From the IMG/VR virus record IMGVR_UViG_3300020045_001118, positions 1 through 26,086 of that record: DNA of 26,086 nucleotides; one strand, given 5' to 3'. This DNA comes from a virus. Taxonomy: Duplodnaviria; Caudoviricetes. Below, one piece after another: positions 10,240 to 18,034 of this stretch (positions within the stretch are counted from its first letter, which is position 1; each line of letters begins with the position of its first letter). The notes under the pieces were generated by a model. It saw only the letters and a program-made list of their open reading frames with translations. It did no database searches and was not told the origin of the DNA. The position numbers and the translations under genes are program-made.

Positions 10240-11316
10240 CTATAAGAATAATGTGTATTTAAGCATTTCTTCTATATTTTCAAAATCATAATAAGGAATT
10301 TCTAACAAAGATATATTCATTTCTTTGAAATAATCTCTCTTTATATTATCGCAATTTTGTTGCGAAAGCAATGATTTTTCTCCTCCAAAGAAGCTAATAG
10401 CCTTATAATGTTGGACACCCTGATACTCTATTACTAAATTATAATCTTCTAAATAAAAATCGCAACGTAGAGGTTTTTTATTTTTTAAATTATCAAATGC
10501 TTTTTGCTCTTGATATTTTATACCACACTCATCTAAAAAATTCCTTATTCTATCTTCTCCAAGAGACCAACTTGAGCAAGAAGGGCATCCAACTGTACTC
10601 CTAGCATTCGGAGAAGTATGAAACTCGTTATTACAAAACGAACATTTCCACCAATATTTTTTAGGCGTTTGATTAAAAACCATATCCGCAGACATTTTAT
10701 TTTTTAGCGCGTCCCATTCTTCGGCTATATCTGGGCGCATATACATTAGACTATGTTTTGTGCTCAGTTTAATATGCGCACAATAAGGACATCCTATGTC
10801 TCCATGTATGTGATTCCATTTCATATCAAAATATTCGTCACAATCTAAACATTTCCACTTCATTTTTAAACTACTTTTTATAAATTTTTTTGAAATCAAT
10901 TTATATCTTTTATTATTAATTCTACACCAGTTTTTAATGTTTTTAATTGTATATGGGTTAGAAGCGCAAAATGTCTGAGAATTATGTCCGGACGTTAATT
11001 GGCTTATCGTAATTCCATAATAATATCCATCAGCGTCTATATATTTCGCCTTATGATTTGTTCCTTTAAACTTTTTATCAAGAATTATATATTTGAGATT
11101 ATTAATTTCAATATATCTACGAATATTTTGTATAGTATACTTGTTATGTTTAGAAAAAATCCAAGAGCTTTTATTCACCTTAATTGTATTATATGTAGAT
11201 GTATACAAATATCCATTCATATCAGAATATTCTATAACAATTTCTCGTTTTTGTTTGTAAAATCTTATTAATTTAAAATTTAAAGGCTTTAATAGATTTA
11301 ATACCATTTCTTCCAT
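10240..11316 (-). CDS. Free-standing putative homing endonuclease (zinc ribbons plus a C-terminal PD-(D/E)XK, Vsr-like domain)
   Basis: Repeated N-terminal units, CxxC pairs, a 'RPDIAEEW...YWWKC..C...GCPSC' zinc ribbon and the catalytic-type segment 'LRCDFYL...VIEYQGVQHY...LEIPY'. Very AT-rich compared with its neighbours. Confidence 0.8.
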   Translation of the reverse strand: MEEMVLNLLKPLNFKLIRFYKQKREIVIEYSDMNGYLYTSTYNTIKVNKSSWIFSKHNKYTIQNIRRYIEINNLKYIILDKKFKGTNHKAKYIDADGYYYGITISQLTSGHNSQTFCASNPYTIKNIKNWCRINNKRYKLISKKFIKSSLKMKWKCLDCDEYFDMKWNHIHGDIGCPYCAHIKLSTKHSLMYMRPDIAEEWDALKNKMSADMVFNQTPKKYWWKCSFCNNEFHTSPNARSTVGCPSCSSWSLGEDRIRNFLDECGIKYQEQKAFDNLKNKKPLRCDFYLEDYNLVIEYQGVQHYKAISFFGGEKSLLSQQNCDNIKRDYFKEMNISLLEIPYYDFENIEEMLKYTLFL

Positions 11317-11318
11317 GC

Positions 11319-11407
11319 AATTACCTCCTATGGTAATTTCCTAATATAAAATTAAACAGAAGGCAATTAGGATTTTGCTTTTCGGTTGGCCGACCTATCT
11401 GTTTAAT
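11319..11407 (-). promoter_or_regulatory. Structured RNA leader of the endonuclease gene, including an RBS-occluding hairpin
   Basis: A 10-bp stem ATTAAACAGA/TCTGTTTAAT encloses TCGG-CCAA-CCGA and GCAA-AATCCTAA-TTGC; then AATTACC-ATAGGA-GGTAATT overlaps the GGAGG SD. Confidence 0.6.
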
Positions 11408-11417
11408 ATTTAACATA

Positions 11418-14400
11418 TTATAAGAATAAAGTATATTTTAACATTTCTTCAAAATCATCCGATTCATCCCATCCGCCTTCTTCGTGCGTCATTATATACC
11501 AACAAACATATTCGATTGCGGAGAATCTGTCTTTGTTCATTCTCTTGATAAGCTTTTTAATTGATAACTTACCATTGTTAAGATGTTCTAATTGTAGATT
11601 TGAAACCTCTTCAACCAACAAATCAGTTTGAAGGAATGGAAGAATATTTTCTTCATAATTTTCTTTATCTTTTAAATCATAATCTGCATCTTGTCTTTTT
11701 TCTAACAATCTAAGTTTTCCACTTTCAACTATATTGATAAAGTTTACAATCATTTCTGTATTGTTAGTTTGTGCTTTAATTTCATAAACACAAGTTTCTG
11801 CATCAGACTTTTCAGGCAATGCATCGCTGTTCATAGTATTTAGGCAAGGTAAAATTTCACCATTATAAGGGTCAATTTGTTCTTTCATCAAAGCGTCTAC
11901 ACAGCCGCTGCCGACCCCGTTGGCATCGACTACGACCACCTTTGCATTATAAAGTTTTTTAATTCTTTTAACTTCAATTGCTTGGGCGTCAAAGTTTAAT
12001 GCATTAGATATGTTAATTAAATTAATACAATCTAAGTGTAATATTCTACCAGTTTTATTTCTGATTACCTCAATTATGACTATAGAGGTTTGGTTGTTAG
12101 TTGTGTCTTGTGAACGAGCAACGTCAACACCTATATAAGTTTCTCGGTCTTTACATTCCAATGTAGCTTTTGTTAGTACTCTAGCTTTGATAATCTTATT
12201 AATATCAATAAGTGCGTCAGAAAATGCACCACATTTATACCGAGCCTTTCGGCTAATTTCAAGTTATTCAACTTCGGATTAGACTATATCATATTCCATT
12301 TCATTTAAAAATGGAACCTCTGCACTTCGCAATAAGGAATTGCACCTTAAAGCTACTCCATTTCTGGATAGTCGTTAGACCTTCAAGAATATTTCTATTC
12401 AAGCTTGGCACAGGATTTGCTATCTAATAAATTATCAATAAGAATTTTTTCAAGGGTTTTGGTTTTAAAATCCCAATAAGGTATTCTGATAAGATTTATG
12501 TTGTTGTCTTCACAATAATTATTTTTAATCTTGTCATTTTCTATTTGGTTCGCGAAAGAATCCTCGCCACCAAATATACTCACTGGTCTATAATGTTGTT
12601 CTCCGTCAAGTTCTAATAGGCAATATAAATTATTTTCACAATCTAATATAGCGTAATCAAAACTAAGTTTACCTCCATTAAAGCTAGATAAATCATTTGG
12701 AGAATATTCCCTTTGATATTTTATACCATATTTTTCTAAAAGAATCATCATATCGTATTCAGATTTAGATATACTTTTTGCACAAATCGTACATCTAAAC
12801 TGTCTTTTATTAAATTGCTTAAACGTAGCAAAAAATGGTCTTCCACATTCGCATCTAAACTCCATTATATGGCTTTGATTTATATACTCTGTAGATATAA
12901 CTTCGCATTTTTTATTTTTAGCAATTTCTTTCACGTATTCTAAAGTGTGTTTTATATTTTCTCTTCCGGTATTGCATTCTGTGCATTTATATTTTTTTAA
13001 TCTAATATTGCCAAGAGATAGATAAATTAAATTATTGCATTGGCATTTTACAGTAAACTTTTTCTCTGCGCTTACGTATCCGCTTATATATTCGCAATTA
13101 TTTTCTTTTAATTCTTTAATAACATCTTCGAGTGGCTTTCTGTTGTTAAGCGTTCTACGCTCTTTACGGCACGACTCGCAATAATGTTGTTCTCTATGAA
13201 CAAAATTACAATATTTTGTAAAAAAATCATTTTCTTTGCACAGCTTGCACTTCACATGAATTTTTTCTTTTGGATTGTAAAAATCTTGAAGAAGTTCGCA
13301 TCCAATTGACTCAACATATTCTTTCACACTTTGATATGATTCATATATTCCTTTTGGCATTCAATCATCATCTCTTATCTATTTTTTATTAAACCTACGC
13401 ATTTCCCTGTTAGCATATTTACACATTGTCATTTACTACAATTACGCAATTTAATCGCGCTAAATACACACCTTAGATTTCTAAGTTCACAGAGTTTTCG
13501 ACATACATTACTGTATGAAGGGGCTGATTTTTTAACCCAGACGCTCTCATAGTTGAGAGCAAACTTAACAGGGGACATATTCCTTTTCTTTTCCATAATC
13601 TGTTCTTTTGTGCTTCCGCGATTGTACCAGCACGGTAATTGCCAACCCTTAATTTACTACCCTCTGTTTCCAGATATTTACTTTTGGGGACTAGACTATC
13701 TCTTCATCTTCAACATTACTTGCTAAGATGTGTGGCACTTCCAAGATAAGAATTTCGCTTGTCTTGTACTGATTTCATAGTCATGCTTTTTATAAGTTTA
13801 GACCGTATATCATAGTCGTTGCACCTTCAAAGAAGTTTCCTTCTAAGCTTGGCACAGGATTAACTTCGCCATTACGCATTAAGTCTTCCCCTGTTAGCAG
13901 TATTCTAAGAATACCACACCCTGTATTTACAGGTTCACCACATTTTTTACATATATATTTCTATATACGGGAAGCAGTTGGATAATTTACTTCCGATTAC
14001 AAATTTGCTTTTCAAATTAATCATATCTTTAACCATTAATATACTACGATTAAATTCATCTGATTTTCTAAACCATGAAGTAGTATAAAAATGCACTTGT
14101 TGATTTAATTCTAATGGGTCAACTATAGCAAGTTTACCACAAGTTGTTCTGCCAACCTCTACGATTGGAAGTAAAACCTCTTGGAATAATTCGTCATTAA
14201 GTTGAGCAGCCTCTTCTATTGATAATCTTTTACGACGGTTTCCGAGGGTATTCCTATGATTGGCTAGTACGTCGATTTTTGCACCATTCCTAAATTTAAC
14301 CTCGGCATCATTTTTTGAAAATCTACAATCTTTTCTAGATATTTCATTTTCAAAAAATGGATAAAATTTCAATATCTCATTAAATTTATCTTTTAATAAC

Positions 14401-14731
14401 TCGGCGGCATTTTCTTTTGTCTGAGCCGTTAATGCCAATTCTATATTCGGGTATCTAACCGCAAGAATAAACATAGAAATTACCTCACAAAAGGTTTTTC
14501 CATACCCCCTTGAGAATACCCCATACATACTGCTATATCTAGTAGTTGCACGAAGGAATACTCGTTGGTCGGCATATAAATTAATTCCGCCTTCTTCTGG
14601 TTTGATTAAGTCTAAAAATAAGTCGGGGTTGGTCAGTACCAAACCATCCAACTCGAAAAAGTCATAGCTTTTTGTAATTCTTCATCATATCCAACAGGTA
14701 TATCTTTTATCTCGTCAAAGGTTTTTAACAT
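11418..14731 (-). CDS. terL: Terminase large subunit, split: join(14731-14636, 14627-13989, 13647-13535, 12231-11418), about 553 aa if the 8-nt gap is skipped
   Basis: Walker A SRGYGKT, Walker B LSIEEA, motif III TTS, RNase H-like nuclease motifs GVDVA, VVDANGVG and KDRFSA. Splicing gives in-frame ...FVIGS|GWQLPCWY...NYESVW-V|GAFSDAL.... The start ATG at 14731 follows AGGAAGGCGGTG. Confidence 0.9.
12232..13534 (-). mobile_element. Group I intron 2 in terL (1303 nt) with an internal endonuclease ORF
   Basis: P1: exon GGGU|U pairs with AGCCC, giving U-G at the splice site. Terminal G at 12232; AUCA pairs with exon UGGU (P10). Core elements TGCTAACAGGGAA, AATCCTGTGCCAAG, AACGACTA and GATATAGTCTA are present. 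Confidence 0.9.
12395..13360 (-). CDS. Intron-encoded homing endonuclease (multiple zinc fingers plus PD-(D/E)XK/Vsr-like domain)
   Basis: 321 aa with several CxC/CxxC repeats and 'FDYAIL...LELDGEQHY...LIRIPYW'. It lies between the P and Q core elements, and its last codons (KSCAKLE*) overlap AATCCTGTGCCAAG. Confidence 0.85.
   Translation of the reverse strand: MPKGIYESYQSVKEYVESIGCELLQDFYNPKEKIHVKCKLCKENDFFTKYCNFVHREQHYCESCRKERRTLNNRKPLEDVIKELKENNCEYISGYVSAEKKFTVKCQCNNLIYLSLGNIRLKKYKCTECNTGRENIKHTLEYVKEIAKNKKCEVISTEYINQSHIMEFRCECGRPFFATFKQFNKRQFRCTICAKSISKSEYDMMILLEKYGIKYQREYSPNDLSSFNGGKLSFDYAILDCENNLYCLLELDGEQHYRPVSIFGGEDSFANQIENDKIKNNYCEDNNINLIRIPYWDFKTKTLEKILIDNLLDSKSCAKLE
13535..13647 (-). 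CDS. terL: Terminase internal exon (113 nt), missed by the ORF track
   Basis: Encodes GWQLPCWYNRGSTKEQIMEKKRNMSPVKFALNYESVW plus GT, and keeps frame at both junctions. Confidence 0.88.
13648..13988 (-). mobile_element. Group I intron 1 in terL (341 nt, no ORF)
   Basis: P1: exon GGAAGU pairs with GCUUCC (U-G at the junction); CCAAC pairs with 3' exon GUUGG (P10); terminal G at 13648. Core elements TGCTAACAGGGGAA, AATCCTGTGCCAAG, CAACGACTG and GAGATAGTCTAG are present. Confidence 0.9.
14633..14731 (-). CDS. terL: Terminase N-terminal 32-codon segment ending in TGA
   Basis: MLKTFDEIKDIPVGYDEELQKAMTFSSWMVWY*; good SD; the main frame continues as PDLFLDLIKP 8 nt after the Tyr codon. Confidence 0.75.
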   Translation of the reverse strand: MLKTFDEIKDIPVGYDEELQKAMTFSSWMVWY

Positions 14732-14762
14732 TTGGCATCACCGCCTTCCTATAAGAATGGCG

Positions 14763-15911
14763 CTACTCAAAATTTTCTTCGCCTTCTTCTGTATCTTGTT
14801 CGTCATAATTTTCTAAGTCTGCTGGCATTTCTAAAAACTTTAATATTTTTTCTCGGTTTCCCTCTGTGGTATCTCCTTCAAAAATATTATAAGGGTCTCC
14901 AGTAGTTTTAATATAACTATCTTTCCTTGTGTCATACTCTTTCCACATATCTTTATATTCAACATCTGGCATACCATTAAGATTTCTTTCATAGTTTACA
15001 TAATTCCACATCAAGAAATCTATAGCGTCATTAGGTCTAAATTTGAATTGTGGAAGTATTGGAATTATATCAACGGCTTTTTCAGCCATTTTTGTATAGT
15101 CTGCAAATGCATTAATACCTTCTGTGAAATCTTCTGCCTTAAACTGACTTGGATTCATCTTAGCATTTGTTGCGGCTTTTGTAGCCATGTCTGATAATTC
15201 TTTTGCTCGTTTATCATCGCCATTTTCTAGTGCCATATCAGAAAGTATTGAATATTTAACCCATTGCATAAACATATCTTCGTGAATGTCTGTCATTCCT
15301 CTATTAAGTTTTTTATACGATGGTAATAATTTTTTACATTTATTTTCGAATCTACGAAGTTCTGCAATATCATAATTGTTTCCCCATCTATCCCTAAGTC
15401 TTTCGGCTTCCTCTTCATCCGATTTCTGCTTCTCTGTACTATATAAGTCAGTAGTAGTTTTAACCTCTTGAAATAAGTCGCTGTCGTGATAATTCTTAGA
15501 AATGTTTTGTGGCAATGCAATATTCTTCATATAAATTTGAATAAGTCTTTTCCCATGCTTCTCATAAACTTCATCCGAATTCATTACGCCATCCTTGGCT
15601 AACACTTTAAGTGTTTCTTGAACCGAACTGTTAAACACCTCAAATATGAGTGGTTTGTCGATGAAATGGAGCACATCCTTAAATTTATCCATATTAAACC
15701 CACCATCATCATTTGTGCCATGAATCTGTATGCAGTTTTTACACATACACACACGAGTATTCCTTGCAAATAACTTTGATGTGGATTTATAAAACTTATC
15801 TGCCAATTCCTGTTCAGTGGCTACTGCCGTTGGACAAGACGAGCAGAAGTGGATAGCACCTACGGTTGTTACCATTGGTGGTCTACCGCGTTTCTTAGTT
15901 GTTTGTTCCAT
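14763..15911 (-). CDS. Putative terminase small subunit / packaging-associated DNA-binding protein
   Basis: Directly upstream of terL; AT-hook-like KKRGRPP, zinc finger (CSSC...CKNC), acidic tail. ATG at 15911 follows AAAGGATG. Confidence 0.55.
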   Translation of the reverse strand: MEQTTKKRGRPPMVTTVGAIHFCSSCPTAVATEQELADKFYKSTSKLFARNTRVCMCKNCIQIHGTNDDGGFNMDKFKDVLHFIDKPLIFEVFNSSVQETLKVLAKDGVMNSDEVYEKHGKRLIQIYMKNIALPQNISKNYHDSDLFQEVKTTTDLYSTEKQKSDEEEAERLRDRWGNNYDIAELRRFENKCKKLLPSYKKLNRGMTDIHEDMFMQWVKYSILSDMALENGDDKRAKELSDMATKAATNAKMNPSQFKAEDFTEGINAFADYTKMAEKAVDIIPILPQFKFRPNDAIDFLMWNYVNYERNLNGMPDVEYKDMWKEYDTRKDSYIKTTGDPYNIFEGDTTEGNREKILKFLEMPADLENYDEQDTEEGEENFE

Positions 15912-15933
15912 ATATATCATCCTTTTTCTCGTC

Positions 15934-15963
15934 AAAAAGAAAAGAGGTTGACAAGCAACCTCT
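15934..15963 (-). terminator. Intrinsic terminator
   Basis: AGAGGTTG-CTTGT-CAACCTCT-TTTCTTTTT on the minus strand. Confidence 0.85.
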
Positions 15964-17144
15964 TAGTTAAATACTATGTCGTACGAACATAAAAGTCCGT
16001 TTTTATCAATTACAGAAACCAACTGTTCTGGATGGCCATAAATTCGTTTTGTCACACAATATGAGTCAACTCCTTGAAAACTTCCAGACATAATAGTCTT
16101 AATACCATTTTTAGAATCAATGGCATTATGATGCATATGACCAGCTAAAATAGCATATACTTTTTCATCAACTAGGTTTTGAAGTATTAGAGTTGAAGAA
16201 TTTATATTACTTTCGTAATCTCCATGCACGCCTACCAGATTCAATCCATATACAGTAAACATATACATTGTTGGGTCAATCTTTTTATGAAAATCAAATA
16301 CGATGTTTTTAACATTGCTAAGCTTGGCTTTGCAATACCATCCAATCAAATCATCTAATCTTTCATTATGTAATGCATCGTCTTTTTTATCTACTCTTGA
16401 ATGATTCCCAGCAACATCCACATAATATACATTATTGAAATGTTGACTAAGTTCGTATAAGAAATTAGATATAAGTTCGGATGCTTTAACTACTTGTTCA
16501 ATTGAGTTTTCTTTATTCGTTATCTGTGCGGAAAGATGAATATTTCCTGAAATTGAATCTCCGTTGTTCCACATAACGCAATCTTCTGAGTTATGCGTTT
16601 TTTGAATAGCAATAACTCTATCTAAATATTCTTCCAATCTATCTTGTGCAATTTCTGAATTATATTCTCCCCAAGCATTTTGAAATGTTGCTCCAATATG
16701 TAAATCGTTTAGCGATACAAGTAATGTATTGCTTGACACAATTGGCTCTTTGGAAGTATAATCAAATTCTACGCTAGATTCTTTAATAGCTCGTTCAACA
16801 ATCTCGTTTAACTCTTCTTGTCTTGCACGTTCACGCAATAGTTTATTTAATGCGTTACGTTGGTCGAACATCTTATATTTCTCTTTTTGAATTTCTTGTT
16901 TCTTTAATTCTAATTCTGCAAAATATGATTCTTCGTCAACAACTTTTGGTGGTTGATTATTGTAAAGTTCAATCATTTTTGACGCACCATAAAACATACG
17001 TCTTGAACTTTCAGAAGAGTATTCTTCATCAAAACATAGTTTAGACCATTCAGCATAATCAAGGTCTGTAACTTTATTTTGTTTATCTTCTGTTATGCGT
17101 TTCGCATATTCAAAATCACTTTCGTCTTTTCTTCTCTCAATCAA
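15963..17144 (-). CDS. Calcineurin-like metallophosphoesterase with an N-terminal coiled coil
   Basis: Motifs DLH, GD, GNH, HGD and GHMHH in the canonical order. Confidence 0.85.
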   Translation of the reverse strand: MIERRKDESDFEYAKRITEDKQNKVTDLDYAEWSKLCFDEEYSSESSRRMFYGASKMIELYNNQPPKVVDEESYFAELELKKQEIQKEKYKMFDQRNALNKLLRERARQEELNEIVERAIKESSVEFDYTSKEPIVSSNTLLVSLNDLHIGATFQNAWGEYNSEIAQDRLEEYLDRVIAIQKTHNSEDCVMWNNGDSISGNIHLSAQITNKENSIEQVVKASELISNFLYELSQHFNNVYYVDVAGNHSRVDKKDDALHNERLDDLIGWYCKAKLSNVKNIVFDFHKKIDPTMYMFTVYGLNLVGVHGDYESNINSSTLILQNLVDEKVYAILAGHMHHNAIDSKNGIKTIMSGSFQGVDSYCVTKRIYGHPEQLVSVIDKNGLLCSYDIVFN

Positions 17145-17158
17145 TTTTAATCCATCCT

Positions 17159-17186
17159 TTTAATCGTCATGTGCTTATTGATAGTT
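17159..17186 (-). promoter_or_regulatory. Conserved pre-RBS motif AACTATCAA-N7-ATGACGATTAAA, copy 1
   Basis: A near-identical copy lies at 20737-20765 before hup. Confidence 0.55.
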
Positions 17187-17195
17187 ACACATTAG

Positions 17196-17280
17196 CGCCA
17201 CACATAGGACTCGAACCTACAGTGCCTTACAGCATCACTAGCTTTCAAGACTAGCTCCTTACCAATTAGGGTAATGTGGC
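17196..17280 (-). tRNA. tRNA-Ser(UGA), CCA not encoded
   Basis: Acceptor GCCACAT/GTGTGGC, anticodon arm CTAGT-CTTGAAA-GCTAG, long variable arm, T arm GTAGG-TTCGAGT-CCTAT, discriminator G. Confidence 0.92.
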
Positions 17281-17284
17281 AAAG

Positions 17285-17371
17285 CGAAGTTGATAGGACT
17301 TGAACCTACACACCGAAAACGACTACTGGCAGTTTAGCAAACTGCTCCCTTACCATTAGGGTTACAACTTC
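17285..17371 (-). tRNA. tRNA-Ser(GCU), CCA not encoded
   Basis: Acceptor GAAGTTG/CAACTTC, anticodon arm GCAGT-TTGCTAA-ACTGC, long variable arm, T loop TTCAAGT, discriminator G. Confidence 0.92.
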
Positions 17372-17375
17372 AAAG

Positions 17376-17456
17376 TGCGTCCTCTAAGAATCGAACTTAG
17401 CCATCCGAAGAAAGGGATTTACAGTCCCCCGAGTTTCCCAGCTCTCGTCAAAACGC
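17376..17456 (-). tRNA. tRNA-Tyr(GUA), slightly atypical, CCA not encoded
   Basis: Acceptor GCGTTTT/AGGACGC, anticodon arm GGGGA-CTGTAAA-TCCCT, T arm CTAAG-TTCGATT-CTTAG, discriminator A. Confidence 0.85.
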
Positions 17457-17460
17457 ATAA

Positions 17461-17770
17461 TTGTCAGTAGCTTTCGCTATTCTAGGGCACTGACAAGACC
17501 CAGCTCGGTTTAGTAGCTTCCGGCAAGCTCAGATGAACCGCGTACGATATCATTCTATTCTACAAATGTATATTATTCTAAGCCATATACTGGCTCATTT
17601 TAACGTTCCCTACTTAATGGCAAGGGGTTTCCAATTTAAAAGGTGTTTTTTATTACGATAAATACTGTTGGCTCAACACCCAAACCAACGTGAAATCCTC
17701 AATTTACACTTGGTATCACTCACGTAAATTTCATCGGATAGCCCATTTTGGTTGGATGGGGATAACCGCT
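17461..17770 (-). ncRNA. Candidate structured ncRNA region upstream of the tRNA cluster
   Basis: About 310 nt with no credible ORF and many stems: CCCAT/ATGGG, AATTTAC/GTAAATT, TGAAAT/ATTTCA, TGTTG/CAACA, CGGTT/AACCG, AGCTT/AAGCT, TTGTCAGT/ACTGACAA and TAGC-GAAA-GCTA. Confidence 0.45.
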
Positions 17771-17781
17771 TTTAAGGTAAG

Positions 17782-18027
17782 TTATTTCAAATTAAAAATA
17801 CCGTTAGAAGCAAAAGATTTATTAATTTCTTCAATAGTTTTGCAATGCTCGCATTTTTGTATTAACTCTATTTCGCAACCCTTTGGGATGATTATAAATT
17901 CTTTGTCTGGAAACGTTTCGCGATTCATACACATAAGCTTTCCGAAAATCTCAGGAGATACGCTGTTGTTTCCAATTGGAATAGTAACGATATATGTTTC
18001 TTTTTGCAAAGATAAACCTTCTTTCAA
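17782..18027 (-). CDS. Small hypothetical protein
   Basis: 81 aa ORF collinear with the operon, right after phoH; start uncertain. Confidence 0.5.
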   Translation of the reverse strand: MKEGLSLQKETYIVTIPIGNNSVSPEIFGKLMCMNRETFPDKEFIIIPKGCEIELIQKCEHCKTIEEINKSFASNGIFNLK

Positions 18028-18034
18028 TTTTAAA

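Larger units (their letters stand above)
10240..11450 (-). repeat. Imperfect 33-bp direct repeat (10240-10272 and 11418-11450), both copies encoding EEMLKYTLFL-stop
   Basis: GAAGAAATGTTAAAATATACTTTATTCTTATAA versus GAAGAAATGCTTAAATACACATTATTCTTATAG; 5 differences, all silent. Confidence 0.9.

Noticed and set aside
13947-13988. ORF-track C-terminus KLSNCFPYIEIYM of the 234-aa terminase piece
   Set aside because: It is read-through into intron 1 (P1/P2 region), not terminase sequence.
14633-14635. TGA reassignment or read-through as the fix for terL
   Set aside because: Read-through stays out of frame and hits TAG six codons later; TGA is a normal stop elsewhere (1814, 2324, 3663, 20089).
11418-14731. 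terL as a pseudogene or intein-containing gene
   Set aside because: Catalytic motifs are intact, the two large breaks follow group I rules, and the inserts are out of frame with no intein ends. Only the 8-nt gap is unexplained.
14715-14738. Upstream ATG at 14738, in frame with the main terL ORF
   Set aside because: It stops after 7 codons (MPNVKNL*), with more TGA stops downstream in that frame.
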